From assembly GCF_009914755.1 (NCBI RefSeq), contig NC_060932.1: a DNA stretch of 64,000 nucleotides; one strand, given 5' to 3'. Source of the DNA: the human T2T-CHM13v2.0 reference genome, Homo sapiens. How positions within the stretch are numbered: the first letter of the stretch is position 1; each line of letters begins with the position of its first letter. The position numbers and the translations under genes are program-made. Shown in pieces: positions 29,051 through 47,400 of the stretch. The notes below the pieces were generated by a model. It saw only the letters and a program-made list of their open reading frames with translations, was not told where the DNA came from and ran no database searches.

Positions 29051-30711
29051 CCAAAAATCTTCTTAAGCTGATAAGCAACTTCAGCAAAGTCTCAGGATAC
29101 AAAAATCAATGTGCAAAAATCACAAGCATTCCTATACAACAATAACAGACAAACACAGAGCCAAATCACGAGTGAACTCCCATTCACGATTGCTGCAAAG
29201 AGAATAAAATACCTAGGAATCCATCTTACAAGGGATGTGAATGACCTCTTCAAAGAGCACTACAAACCACTGCTCAAGGAAATAAAAAAGGTCACAAACA
29301 AATGGAAGAATATTCCATGCTCATGGATAGGAAGAATCAATATTGTGAAAATGGCCATACTGCTCAAAGTAATTTATAGATTCAATGCTATCCCCATCAA
29401 GCTACCATTGACTTTCTTCATAGAATTGGAAAAAACTACTTTACACTTCATATGGAACCAAAAAAGAACCCACATAGCCAAGACAATCCTAAGCAAAAAG
29501 AGCAAAGCTGGAGCATTATGCTACCTGACTGCAAACTATACTACAAGGCTACAGTAACCAAAACAGCATGGTACTGGTACCAAAACAGATATATAAACTA
29601 ATGGAACAGAACAGAGGCCTCAGAAATAACACCACACATCTACAACCATCGGATCTTTGACAAACCCGACCAAAACAAGCAATGAGGAAAGTATTCCCTA
29701 TTTAATAAATGGTGCTGGAAAAACTGGCTAGCCACATGCAGAAAGCTGAAACTGGATCCCTTCTTCACATATTATACAAAAGTTAACTCAAGATGGATTA
29801 AAGATTTAAATGTAAGACCTAAAATCATCAAAACCCTAGAAGAAAACCTAGGCAATAATATTCAGGACATAGGGATGGGCAAAGTCTTCATGACTAAAAT
29901 ACCAAAAGCAATGGCAACAAAAGCAAACATTGATAAATGGGATCTAATTAAACTAAAGATCTTCTGCACAGCAAAAGAAACTATTATCAGAGTACACAGG
30001 CAACCTACAGAATGGGAGAAAATTTTTGCAATCAATCCATCTGAAAAAGGGTTAATATCCAGAATCTACAAAGACCTTAAACAAATTTACATGAAAAAGC
30101 AACCGTATCAAAAAATGGGTGAAGCATATGGACAGACACTTATCAAAAGAAGACATTTATGCAGCCAACAAACTTATGAGAAAATGTTCATCATCACTGG
30201 TCAATAGAGAAATGCAAATCAAAACCACAATGAGATACCATCTCATGCCAGTTAGAACAGTGATCATTAAAATGTCAGGAAACAACAGATGCTGGAGAGG
30301 ATGTGGAGAAATAGGAATGCTTTTACACTGTTGGTAGGAGTGTAAATTAGTTCAACCGTTGTGGAAGACAGTGTAGCGATTCCTCAAGGATCTAGAAGTA
30401 GAAATACCATATGACCCAGCAATCCCATTACTGGGTATATACCCAAAGGATTATAAATCATGCTGCTATAAAGACACATGCACACGTATGTTTATTGCAG
30501 CACTGTTCACAACAGCAAAGTCTTGGAACCAACCCAAATGCCCATCAGTGAAAGACTGGATAAAGAAAATGTGGCACATATACACCATGGAATACTATCC
30601 AGCCATAAAAAAGGATGAGTTCACATCCTTTTCAGGCACACGGATTAAATTGGAAACCATCATTCTCAGCAAAGTAACACAAGAAGAGAAAACCAAACAC
30701 CAAATGTTCTC

Positions 30712-30717
<6 letters not shown>
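29051..30717 (+). mobile_element. LINE-1, L1PA6-8-like; truncated at both ends, no poly(A)
   Basis: ORF2 peptides in ORFs 29111..29557, 29875..30207, 30119..30337 and 30488..30742. Stops at CAAATGTTCTC, before the ORF2 stop codon and 3'UTR. Confidence 0.93.
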
Positions 30718-34766
<4,049 letters not shown>

Positions 34767-35364
34767 CCAGCCAGGGTCCCCAGTCACTTCCTACAGGTGC
34801 CTCTGGACCAGTAACAGGTCCATACCCACTGGGACAGAGTTCCCAGAGAGAGGGACAGTCTTCTACCTTTGCTGTTTTGAAGCCTTCACTGGTGACATCT
34901 CCAGGTTTTAGAAATCTGAGGTGACTAGGGACTGGAGTGGGCCCCAAGCATACTGCAGTGGCCCTACTGAAAATTGGCCAGACTTACATGGGTGGCTATT
35001 CCCATATCTCCTCACTGGGCAGGTCCTCCAGGCCTGGGCCTCCAGCCACCCCCTGCCAGAGCTATCAAGCCAGTGCTAACTCAGCAACAACCAGGACAGA
35101 GCCTCCAGGAGCGACTGAAAGCCTCTCTGCCACTGCATCTGCAGTAGAACTGCCCTTGCCACCCTGAAACTAACGAAGCAGCAAAGACCCTAACTGCTTT
35201 ATCCACAGCTCCAACAGGCTACAGTTGACCCAAGGAGAGGAGGCCCTTCTGTCTCCCATGGGTCCTACACACCCAGCATGGCACATCACCAGACAGGGAA
35301 CCCCTGGCTTGGGCCCACAGCACAAACCCTCCATCTTGGGCTGACTGCACTGAGCGATCGCTCA
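34767..35364 (+). mobile_element. Inverted 5'UTR segment of the same L1
   Basis: GC-rich L1 5'UTR sequence. Its end (GAGCGATCGCTCAC) overlaps the start of the minus segment read in sense (GAGCAATTGCTGAC). Confidence 0.75.
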
Positions 35365-35374
35365 CATAGGTTTG

Positions 35375-35890
35375 ACATATACCATAACAATACATAAAGA
35401 TTGAGAAGAAAGAAATGGAAGTATACTTTTGTAAGGTTCTTGTACTTTATGTGAAGTGATACAGTATCACTGAGATTAAGTTAAAGATGTATACTGTAAA
35501 CCAAAATCAACCACAAAAATGTCAAAACAATCTTTAAACTAGTAAGCCAAAAAAGAAGATAAAACGGAAGCATAAAGATAATTACTTAATCTAAAACAAG
35601 GCAGAAGAAAATAAGGTACATGGATCACGGTTCTATTTATATAACACTTTGGAAAATGCAAGCTAAACTGTACTAACAGTAGGCAGAGCCTAGAGAGAGG
35701 AAAACAGAAAGGTCAGGTAAAGTAAAATTACAGGGGGATAGGAAAAATGGAGAGGATGATAGATGTGTTCACTATATTGATTATTGTGATGATTTCTCCA
35801 GTATATCTATATGTCAAAATGTATCAAATGATACAATTTAAATTGCTGCAGATTATTGCATGTTAATTATTCCTTCATAATGCCATAAAT
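35375..35890 (+). mobile_element. Ancient L1 (L1MC/MD): continuation of the inter-ORF region, then a 3'-end segment
   Basis: GAAATGGAAGTATACTTTTGTAAGGTTCTT continues 28385-29050. 3'UTR motif GATAGATGTGTTCACTATATTGATTATTGTGATGATTTC...ATGTCAAAA. Confidence 0.75.
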
Positions 35891-36060
35891 ACATTTTAAA
35901 ATAATAATTAATAAATACAGCATTAAGGACTGTGGACCAAGGGAACTGTATGAACAAGAAAGTTACTGATGGCATACAGAAAAGAGAGAACAGAAAATGA
36001 ATGTCAGTTTAGGCTGCAAACATGGATTAAAAAAGACACAAAAAATAGGATAAAGTAGGT

Positions 36061-36376
36061 TTGTACTGTCCAATACGGTAGCTAGTAGCTACACGTGGGT
36101 ATTGAGAACTTGTAATACTTCATTTAAATTAAGACGTACTGCAAGTGTAAAACACACACTGGATTTCCACTCACCTCCAAACAAATTTAAAAATAAAATA
36201 TATCGTTAATACTTTTATGTTGATTATGCATTAAAACAATAAGATTTTAGTTATATTGAGTCAAATAAAATATATTATTAGAGTTAATTTCACCTTCTTT
36301 TTACTTTTTTTAGTGTGACTACTGAAGCATTTAAAATCACATTGTGACTTGCATTGTATTTCTGTAGGACACTGCT
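36061..36376 (-). mobile_element. MER33 (hAT-Charlie MITE)
   Basis: Ends CTGTCCAATACGGTAGC and TTTCTGTAGGACACTG. Internal AAGTGTAAAACACACACTGGATTTC and TAAAATATATTATTAGAGTTAATTTCACC. Confidence 0.88.
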
Positions 36377-37567
36377 ATTATAGCAGGGAGTGCCTGTAAG
36401 TAGCTAGAACAATGATCGAAGTAAAATATTCTCACATAACAGTTCTCAAAAACTAATGATATCTAAGCCAGTTTGAGAGTCATTTGAGACTGTACAGGCT
36501 AATAAAAGTGCATATTTTGGCATTCCTGAGCTTTCTTTAAATCATCACTTATTAAATGAAAGAAAAGAAATTAATGAGTAATTTCCTGGTTTGTTACTAA
36601 TAAATATGAGATTCTAATTAGATGTCAATTCTCCCTAGTTTCCAGGATATTCAATTTGAATATTAATAAAATTATAATTAAAAACTAACAGAGTACTTAT
36701 TTATGAAAGGCTAAATAACATAAAAAATTTCCCCTAACTGTATGTTTACAAGTAGATATAAAAATTAAACTCTGTTTTCCCCAACGTTAACCATTATGTT
36801 GATTCCCAAGTTAAGCCCAAATATTTTTAGATATTACCAAATCTGTATTTTTATTTTCACATCACCTCACACTCCACCATCACCACTGATTGTGTCCATT
36901 GACATGAGCAACAGCTAGCCACACAGAAGAATCAACCCACCTAATAGCTATACTTCACAATTAACCTCAGAGGTCTTCCTGAGTGAACTCTACTCAGTCT
37001 TCTAAATCTTTTCATGTTTCCAGTGGCAAACTTGAACTTCATTTTCATGTTTCTCTGAAAGAGCTGAAAAGGATTTTCTCTGTTGGTGATAGACAGACTT
37101 AGCTTGAACCCTAGAACCAAGGCTCTCCTTAGACTTAGCTGGAACCAAGGCTCTCAGATGAGTTGTGTATGCCTCACTACCTGTAACAGGAAAAGAACAC
37201 AAACTATCAAGAGACAGACTATACCTTAAGCAAAGTTAATATATGAACTGACTTCAACTGCAAGTTATGAATTTAAGACCCAGTAGAGTGCCAATAACAG
37301 GTGATCAGGTTGTTTTGCTAAATGAATATTTATAGAGTTGATTGACAAACTTTTAAAATTAATCTTAATGTTCCTTAAGGTTGTCACTCGGCAATTTGCT
37401 TTAGAGGAAAGCGTGACATTCATTTACATTTATTAGTAGCATGCAGAGTTTTGATTAGTCAGCCATATGCCTTGCCTTCCTAAAAAAATTGTGAAAACCG
37501 ATCCCCATTTCCTTATGTTAACATTTAGAGAGACTCGCTTTAAATTGCCTTATGATTGGTTTGCTAC

Positions 37568-37800
37568 CTACATTAGTCAGAAAACAGAATAGGTTTTGTA
37601 CTGGTAATAATCAACAAAGATATTTCAGTAGCTTAGCACAAAAAAGGTTTCTTTATCATCCATGCTAAAAATTCACACCTTTCAAAATGTTATTTCACAT
37701 CATATTCTTATATTGACATCATCTCTATTCGGTGGTGTAAAGGAAGAGAAGACTGAAGATTTGGGCACATCTGAGCTTTAACAGATGTGGGAAAGGGCGA
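37568..37800 (-). mobile_element. Old MaLR LTR fragment (MLT1K/L-like)
   Basis: ATTAGTCAG...TTTCAGTAGCTTAGCACAAAAAAGGTTTCTTT. Confidence 0.5.
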
Positions 37801-37869
37801 CAAGGGAAAATGAAGTGTTTATAAAAACTCAAAAATCTCTGACAACAGCAACAATATATTTGGTTTTGA

Positions 37870-38850
37870 TTTTAATTAAATATAAAGCAAACTCAAAGGC
37901 TTAAATTCCTTGTACTAAATTATAACAGCCTAGAAAAAATATATAAGTGAATTTTAGGAAGGTATAGGGTTGTTAAGCTTCAAATAAAGATATAAAGATA
38001 TGTTATACCTGACCAATTAACATATTTGAACTTGAAAAATTTCAAATATATTTTGATAGAGACACGCAGAAGATCGAGAGGAAAGATAACATAAAACTCA
38101 GGGGAAAGCATTACCAAAATAGGTGATGGGTAATAAATAAAGGACTTTTACAAATCAATAAGAAAATTAATAAACACTTTTACAAATCCATAAGTACTAT
38201 AGAGAATTTACTAACATCTAAAACATATAAATAGCCTCTCTGAAAACTTGTTCAATTTCATAACAATCAAACATTTTTGGCAATTTTCAGAGAGGCTATT
38301 TATGTGTTTATATGTCCTGCTAAAATAGGAGGAAGAAGTTTACATGTCCTGCTAAAATAACAGGAAGAAATTTAAATATCAAATTGATAAATCTTAAAGA
38401 AAGATAGTTAATAATACCATCAGGGATATCTGAAAACAATCTTTCTTACACTCATCTTGTGGAAATATATATTAGAAAAACTTTTCTTCAGAGAAAATTG
38501 GCTCTAAATACCATAGTATTCTCTGACCTAGCAATTTGACTTCCACAGTTATCACAGGAATGAAATTTACCACATCTATTAAATGAAATAGTACCCTGCT
38601 TTTGAATAAGATTAAATATTACTTGATATGTAAAAAGTTCACAACATATGAACCAGCAGCTGGTGAACATAAATAAATACATGCCTGGTTTTATGTTAAT
38701 AATTGTTTTAATAAAATTAATAGCTCCTACAATTGATGAAACACCTGCTAATCATAATGACAAAATGGTAAATGTGCTAGTTAAGTGAAATGAACTTATA
38801 AACTTAAAAACAGCCTGTGAACATCTTGATTTTATAGGCTCATTTTCACA
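37870..38850 (+). mobile_element. Ancient L1ME ORF2 3' relic
   Basis: TTTACAAATCAATAAGAAAA, CTCTGACCTAGCAATTTGACTTC; A-rich and degenerate. Confidence 0.55.
38221..38369. repeat. 26-bp inverted repeat plus adjacent 32-bp tandem duplication
   Basis: Arms 38221-38246 and 38284-38309 (25/26 complementary). Direct units 38306-38337 and 38338-38369. Confidence 0.92.
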
Positions 38851-39094
38851 AAATTGTGTATTTATATTTAATAGTACATAAGAGCTTTCATGAAACCCCT
38901 ATGCATAAATACAATGTTTTTTTCTGTCATTCAGGGTAAACCAGGACATAGATCACACCCTCCTGTTTTGATAACTCAAATGGGTTGAATTTAAAAAACA
39001 TAAAATATATCTGAAGCATGAGCAATAGTATAGGAATCCAGGGATGGCATTGCCTGGGCAGTCACCACCCACTGTGGGGATAGAAAGAGAGAGA

Positions 39095-39253
39095 GAAGTA
39101 AGCAGTCTCTAAATTAACCCTCTATGATTCTTGCCTCCTGGTATTCACACTCTTGTGTAATTCCATTCCTTTGAGTGTGGGTTGAACTTTGTGACTCACT
39201 TATAATGAATGAATTCAGCATAAATGATAAGATTAAATTTCATTAATTAGATT
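39095..39253 (+). mobile_element. MLT1F/G-like LTR 5' fragment
   Basis: ATGATTCTTGCCTCCTGGTATTCACACTCTTGTGTAATTCC...TTGAGTGTGGG...GTGACTCACTT. Confidence 0.75.
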
Positions 39254-40109
39254 GAGTGCTTGTTACATGACATTGGTAAAATTATAAGCTTACCTATTAC
39301 TAGTCATATTGACATATAGTATTATGTTTAAGATTTCACTTATGCCAGTTGCAATTTCCTGTGGTAAAGTCTTCATTAAAGTAGTTCTGACTGCTGTTTA
39401 CTCTGATCTTATTTAAGTCTGTTGTATTATATTTTTCATTTCTAAAGACCATTAAACTATAAATTTTCTTTTACTGCCGTCATCATCAGGCTCTAGGATT
39501 AGTGCTGTATTTGAAAGACATTTCATCCTTCTTTTTATTTAGGATCAGATTTGTATAATAAAAACTTCTTTGGAAGTTTAAAACATTTCTCATATGGTTA
39601 TAAATGCTTGTATTGGCATTTTTTAGTAGTTGATCATTTTCCATTTGTTTTTGCCTGGATTAGTTTGTCCTGCTTCTTATTGTCTTGTTTCACTTTGATA
39701 GTTTATTTTTCTGAGTATTCTTCATTTTGCTTATTATAAAGATGCACTGTTTTTCAAAATAATTGCTAAATAGAAATGTTGATTACTGTTTTTACTTTAT
39801 ATTTCTAAATGTCATATTTGGTGGAATCTTCACAGGTTTATTGTGTCACTGGTGAATTAATTAATTTAAGGTTCTTTTTTTTTTATTTTCTTTTCTTATT
39901 TTGCAATCCAGGAACTTTTGCCTTTATTGTAATTCCCTTCTATATTTCTTTGATGGATTAAAATCTCCAGAAGTAGACCTAATTTATTTTATTCATTTTT
40001 ATTTAATTATTTAGACAAATCCATATTCTACTACCTCTAAATATTTTCAAATTATTTTGACTAAATATACATAAATTATTAAATCACATTTGAATATTTA
40101 TAAATTTTA

Positions 40110-40320
40110 AGAGTTGGGATAAATATATCATTTTTTAATCTCAGGTTACTTATTAGGGCAGTGGGAAAACAATTTAGAGCATCATGAAATCATTTTTATG
40201 AAGAAATAAAATTTAAAAGATAGGAAAATAAAATGTATGACATATGGTACGCATAAATGCTGTTTTATGAACTGTTTATTTCACTATATAATGTTACGTG
40301 TGTATAGTAAGGATAAATAT
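40110..40320. mobile_element. hAT-Charlie relic (Charlie4z-like)
   Basis: GAAAACAATTTAG...CATATGGTACGCATAAATGCTGTTTTATGAAC...TTCACTATATA; degenerate match from memory. Confidence 0.4.
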
Positions 40321-40779
40321 ATGATTATTTCCCTTTATTTACTACTGTTCAGAATAGAGTGTTGGTTTCATGGTATCCTCCAAAGTGATGTATGAGTTGC
40401 AACTAGTGTATATGAACCAATGTATCTAACTGTTTTTATGTGTTTCAATCCACTTTTTGAATTATAACCATCTGCTTTGTTGGCATATACTTTAGCATGT
40501 CTTCGTATCAAGTTATTTTATTGTTTTCTCTCTTTAAATAAGAATTTTACATGATAATTGACTGCAGCTGTTTTCTGGTGTTTGCGTTAATTAAAGTGGT
40601 GTTTTATTCTACTTTTAGGAAGAGGTACCAGTATAAGTGGTCGGGGTGAACAAATAGAGCATTTCTAGCTTCACAGTTTGAAGTCTCTCTGTTTTGTTGT
40701 TACCAAGAAGTAAATTAAGTGCCTACTCAAAAGTGAGATCTGCTTCCCTTCTCTCCTTCACTTTAAATAAACTTAAAAA

Positions 40780-40912
40780 AATGTGGGTACATAGTAGATG
40801 TATATACCTATTGGATACATGAGATGTTTTGATACAGCCATACAAAATGAAATAAGCACATCATGAAGAATGGGGTATCTATTCCCTCAAGCATTTATCC
40901 ATTGAATTACAA
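40780..40912 (-). mobile_element. Short L1MA1-3 3' end
   Basis: TGTGGGTACATAGTAGATGTATATA...GAGATGTTTTGATACAG...GAATGGGGTATC...CCCTCAAGCATTTATCC is reverse-homologous to 5235-5355. Confidence 0.88.
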
Positions 40913-41866
40913 TTCTTTTTTTCCTTTGTCTTAAATTCTAAGCCATGCTTAATTTGCATTCTACTCATGTCATTTCACTGTGAGCCTTGTAGGAAGTAAA
41001 CTTGGACTGGTTACATTTTAGAGATTTCAGATCAAGACTCCCTCAGTGTTTTCAGTCTTCTTGTGGTCTCATTGCCCTCGTCTATGATTGTGAGCCTGTG
41101 AAGTCCCTTGCTAAGTGGACTGAAAAGGTTTGGGCTGCTGAATTTCAATTCACAAATGAAATTCCATCATTGGGGAAGTGGGTGCTTATCAATGATATAT
41201 GGCTCACAGGGCCATCATAATCCTGTCTTCTGCATCCTCTCAATTTGAACATGACTTTACTGCTAACTTGGCTCCTCCCCATTTGATACAGACATTCATG
41301 AGATACTAGCATATGGTTTTGTTGGAGATGTTATCTTTAGGGTTTTGATTTATTACACCAATTATTCTGTCTGTTCTTGTGTGATGATTCAAGATTAAAG
41401 AATCACATCACTGCCCCTGCCACAACCAACTTGTCTTTTTCCAAATAAAGGCTTATAAGACTGCAAAATTTTCACTGAGGTCTGCTATACTCACAAGAAA
41501 GTCTGCAAATACGAATCATAAAAGCTATCTATAAGACTACTGTTATTATTTACATGTGCCCTTTCATTTGAAGGATACTTTCTTAATACTCATATTTGTA
41601 GTATGCCCGCATCATCAATAATTATTTTGATACTAGTATATATTTTCTTGGTTTCTTGCTCACAAGCGTTTCCTATTCGGATAGCATTTGGTTAGTTGCT
41701 TGAATGTTTTATAAATTTCTGGGTTCAGTTTATTGTCCTTCAAAACTATATAGATAGTCCTTCATTGTACTCTACTATTATTTTAAAAAGCCAATTTTCA
41801 CTACAATTTTTAATTTTTAATAGATGTCTTTTGCATACTCTCTGGAAACTTATTGGATTATTGGAA

Positions 41867-42621
<755 letters not shown>

Positions 42622-42639
42622 TTATAAATAATATTTTTC

Positions 42640-43991
42640 TTTTTATTTTCTATTATAAGTTCCATTACTTGAATTCTTTGGTAGAGGTCTAAGAAGAGTT
42701 TATGTTACAGATTACTGTGTTTTCAGTTATATTGTCTCTTACTATTTCATCATTGAATTATTATTATTTTATTTCAGTAAACATATTTAATACTGAGAAT
42801 TTTCTTTAATTTTTGTGATTGCTTCTATTCTAGAGAAGTGGGTTTTTATACATTTATGAAAATAGTATTTTTTTGAATCTCTTGACTATACTAGCTTGGA
42901 TTTTTTAAAACTTTTTTTTAACATTAGCTAAATTTTCCCACTCAGTTATTTAGTTGTTTTTTTTTTTTTCTGAAGTGCCTTCTTTTTATTATATTGTATT
43001 CTCATAAGTGTCTGGTGATTCTGTTTTCTTGTATGTGCTTTTTAATATATGTTCATATTTACATGAACACAATATAGATGATGCTTCATCAATTACTGTC
43101 AGTATCTAGGGAGATTTGGTGGATAGATTGAGACAAACAGATACCGATAGATTGGTAAACCTTACTGGCATGGGTAACTAAGATGAAATGACTCACTACA
43201 TATGGGGATCTATTCTTCCTTCAGGCCTCTTCTGATACAGGCTCCCACTATATGCCTCTGCAGATGTAGGACAGGCTGTCCCAAGAGTTGGTTTTCTCTC
43301 AGGAAAAATGGATTGGGATAATCCAGGTAAAATTGAATATTTTCACAACTGCCATATTATGCAAGATTCTTAGCTTGAGACAGAATTTTGGTGTTGTTTG
43401 CTGTGGGGTGGAACTCTCTTTTCCTCACTGCTTCTCTCCTTCTTTGTCCTGGTGTGTGTCTTAAGTGTCTAGCACTCTATTCCTCTTCCCTTTCCCGTCT
43501 AATGCACATCCTAAGATCCCCTGAAAGTGGACTACATTGAACAATTAATTACAGAGCAGTGTTTACTAAGCTTTTCCTGCTGCAAATACCTCAGCAGTTT
43601 TGCCGTTGTACCCTGAGCCTGTGCTGGCTCAGATCTAGCTGTTTTACAATTAATTATCCAGTTACTTGCCCTGAGGCCTACTCCTACTCCCAGCTCTTGC
43701 TGACTCTGAGGTTGGATTTTTTATTTTCCAGTTTTCATTTGGGTTAACTCTGATACTTCTCTTCCTCCACAAGAGTTACAATGCTGGTTTGCTGCCTGTT
43801 TTCAGTGTCACTTGTATAATGTCTGCCATAAACCACACAAATCTTAAAATGTTATTTTTGATGGATATCCGTCTTCTCTGTTTTCTAGCACAGCTATAAT
43901 TTTGTTACTATTTTTATTGTACCTCAATGTGATTTGAAGTATGAAGGGCAGCGAATTTGAATCGTGGGATTACCAGCTTGATCCAGAAGTC
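42640..43991 (-). mobile_element. Ancient L1M/HAL1-like 5' region
   Basis: T-rich antisense sequence ending CCAGCTTGATCCAGAAGTC; the reverse complement GACTTCTGGATCAAGCTGG resembles an L1-type 5' start. Confidence 0.45.
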
Positions 43992-44221
43992 CTAACCATT
44001 GTCTTACAGGTAAACTATCATATATGGAATATTCATTTATGTTTACCTTATTGTAGGCAATGCTATTAGTAATGAAAATGAGGTATATTTTCTTGAAATT
44101 GGATTGCTCGTTTCCTTGACGCTTCTGTTTTTTCTATCCCCCATATAGTATTCTCAATCATCACAAATAAAGGAACCACTTGAAATTGCTTCAGGATATT
44201 AATTCCTAAGGAATGAGATTT

Positions 44222-44455
44222 AGCAGTGTAGTTAAATCTTGGTAGTTAAATTCTTATGTTCAAAGTTCTGATAGACCTAGTTTGAATCTTGATTCTATCA
44301 ACCGTGAGGTTTGTGACTTTGGGGAAATAACTTCTTTTTCTCCAACAATATCTTCCTTCAATGGTTATTGTGAAGAATAAATTAGATACTGCCCAGAAAC
44401 CTCTTGGTTTAGTTCCTGGCAGATAGTAAGGTTCTAGATGGTTCTAGATACTATA
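44222..44455 (+). mobile_element. MIR
   Basis: AGACCTAGTTTGAATCTTGATTCT...TGTGACTTTGGGGAAATAACTT...GGTTATTGTGAAGAATAAATTAGAT...CCTGGCAGATAGTAAG. Confidence 0.8.
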
Positions 44456-47400
44456 ACAGTAACTTTTTATTGCAAAAAAAAAAAAAAAAGGCATTTGAAT
44501 CATGCCAAAACCTGGACTTTTAAATGTGGAAGTGGAATATTTACACTTTAATAAATAATTTTCAGAGACCAAATATGTGCCCATGGAATGGCAACAGCCC
44601 AATATATGTAACAATGAGATAAATATGGCTTGGGCAGAATTGTTCTAATTATAAATAGGTACATCCTCATGTCAACAGTATCTGCTTTTCTTCTCCATGA
44701 TGGGATTTTGATTTTCTGACTGACTGTAGTTTTGGAGTGCCTTTGATGGATTCTGGGCCCATGTATACACCTATTCTTACAACCCAGCCCTTTCCTGCCT
44801 GCCCCTTTTCTGCCAAAGGCATATTGTATAGAACTGACACAGTCCTCTCCCAGGCTTCTGGCTCTATACAGCTCTTCTTCCACTGCACTGGGATCAACCA
44901 TGCTAATCTTACCCTGCTATTGTTGGTAATTTCAAAATGCCTGGTAGTATTTAAATTGGAATTAGTAATTCTGTTTTTTAAACTCAGCTTCTATTCAAAG
45001 CCAGCAACTTATCATCAGAACAGCCAAGAAGCATTTTAGAATTAAATAATATGTACTTTATTTTCATATTAAATTACTGCTTACTGAACGGTTGAATAAA
45101 ACAGTGCAGAAAAACTGTACTCTTGTGTTTGCATTTTGATATAAATATTTTCATCCCACAGAAACACATTATTAAAATATTTATTCTACATACAGTAGCA
45201 CTAAAAGATAGAAAAGTCTCAGTGTCGGTTATAAGGCTGCCTCCCAAACACATGAGGTATTTTCTTTGAAATTTATATTCAAAGATTATCAGTATAGAAA
45301 ATGAGCTTGCTGTCACAGAAATAGAATAATAGAAAAGAAAGAGCAGAAATGGCTATTTTTTTCTCCATTTTACCATATTAGTCAGAGATATACATAAATC
45401 AGTTTAAAGAAATGACTGCCTGTCTTATATTCAGATGTATCTAGTGTTAGAAAGAATATGCCCTCCCTACGTAATCTATTTCATAGTTTTATTTAGTAAA
45501 CTTTCCTATAAGTTGAGCTTAGAGCAGTGATTGGTATTTCATTTAACCAACAATGGCTTATTTTTCTTTCATTTAAAAAGTATTTTATAGAAATTACATT
45601 TTGAGCATTCAAGCTAATATTTTACATTTTAAAATGGTACCTTGAGGACTGTTTAGAGTTTTCAAAGACATTACTTTGATTAATCTTCTTGTCGACGTTT
45701 TAGTAATGCACTCTTGCCATATTTGCTAGAAAATTAAATATTTTAAACCTGGAAATATTACTTTAGTAATGTTCACATCTAGCTAAAGATCTCTCTGTAC
45801 CTCTAAATGGACATTGGCAAAATTAAACTCACAGGTTTGTATCAGCACTTGAAACTTTCTTACTCAGCCTTACCCCATCCTCCAACCAGCCCACAAAAAA
45901 AATCTGTGTCTGAATTCAGCCTGAATACAACTCTTTCATTTCTTTTTGTAGGCTACATAAGTAATAAACTAAGTATCTCTCTATGACATGAAAAATCCAC
46001 CCTGAACTGACCCTTGTTTATCTCTCATGTCTGTCTGACAACAAATTCCACCTCATTAGTTTTGATCAAGCAGCATCAAACTTCTTGAGAAATGCCGAAT
46101 ATATACAAACTCTTCACTCCTACTATTGCCTAAGTAAATGATACCCTTCATGTGTGTCTCCTTCTTTTAGGTAACTACTGTTGCTTGCATGTGAAGAATG
46201 ACCACAAATAATTCCTTTTCTGAGGGGATCTCTGATATTCTGTCTCCTCCAACCCCTATCAAATATCCCTGCTCTGTGTCCATAATGTGAGCAGTATTTA
46301 TATTTTTTAACATTTACATCCCCCATGACTCTAAATCTTTTTAATGTAGTTTTATGTCATAGTCATTATTTTACTCCCAAGTAATACTACAAGGCTTAAA
46401 GATCTAATGTAAGTGCATTAAACTTTTACTGAATTTCTTTTAACACAAAATAGTATTGACTGCCAGAGTAAGCACTATCTATAATGTGTGTACATTAGGC
46501 CTGACACTACCAGTAGGAGATGAGATTAAAAGTCCCACCACAACCAGAAGAGTTAGGTTCCTGAAAACGCTTCTACTTCTTCTACTGTAAGAAAAAGCAA
46601 TAAGGAATCCTTATTCGAAACTAGGATTAGAGAAATATGTCCTCAGTAAACATAGGATACCATAGGAAAAGTATTTAATATGTTCTTAAGCATTGTACAA
46701 TTACAATTTTTTAAATGTGTAATAATAGTAATCTGTGTTTGGCATTTGTGTTGATTTTATTAAATGCCAATTTTCTGGTTCGAAAGTTAGAGTTTAAAAA
46801 GATTTTATTTTCTTTAGTTCCATGCACCTTTCTAGAAACCCTTGGACTCACCAAGTATGACAAAAACAAAGGCAGGCTTTATACTTTCTCCTTTTCTACC
46901 AAATCATGGAGGAAAATAAATGAAGGGGAGTTCAAGCCAAAAGACCAACAGGCTCTAGCCCCTCATTGTAGATAAATGAATGCAGGTGAAGAAGGGAAAA
47001 GATATAGTTGTTCTGAGGACAATAAGTCATCCGAACACTGACTAGGTCATAGAGGGCCAGGAGATGGCCAGAATTTCCTTCAGGTTCATTGCAGCAATGT
47101 GGGGAAAGAGAGCACTTCCTGATAACTCTGGTTGTCACTGGGAGAAGCAGCACCCTACAGTACCTGGCACTTCTCCCTAGAACAAGCTGGGTATGATTCC
47201 TCATGGGAGTGGCCAGGGAAGCAGAAGTCAAAACCAACTCAAATGAATTGTGGAAGAAGAGAGTATGATTTGGGGAAGACTTAATCACATCAGAGATTGC
47301 TCACATACAAACCTTCGCAGGCAGAATAATCATGCAGTCAATCAAGAGCTAACCTCACCCTTCCCTATCAAACATAACTGTGGTGCCCAATTCTAAAAAG

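Noticed and set aside
44548-45039. Overlapping 76-117 aa ORFs in non-repeat sequence
   Set aside because: No recognisable domain and no convincing exon structure; the lengths are compatible with chance.
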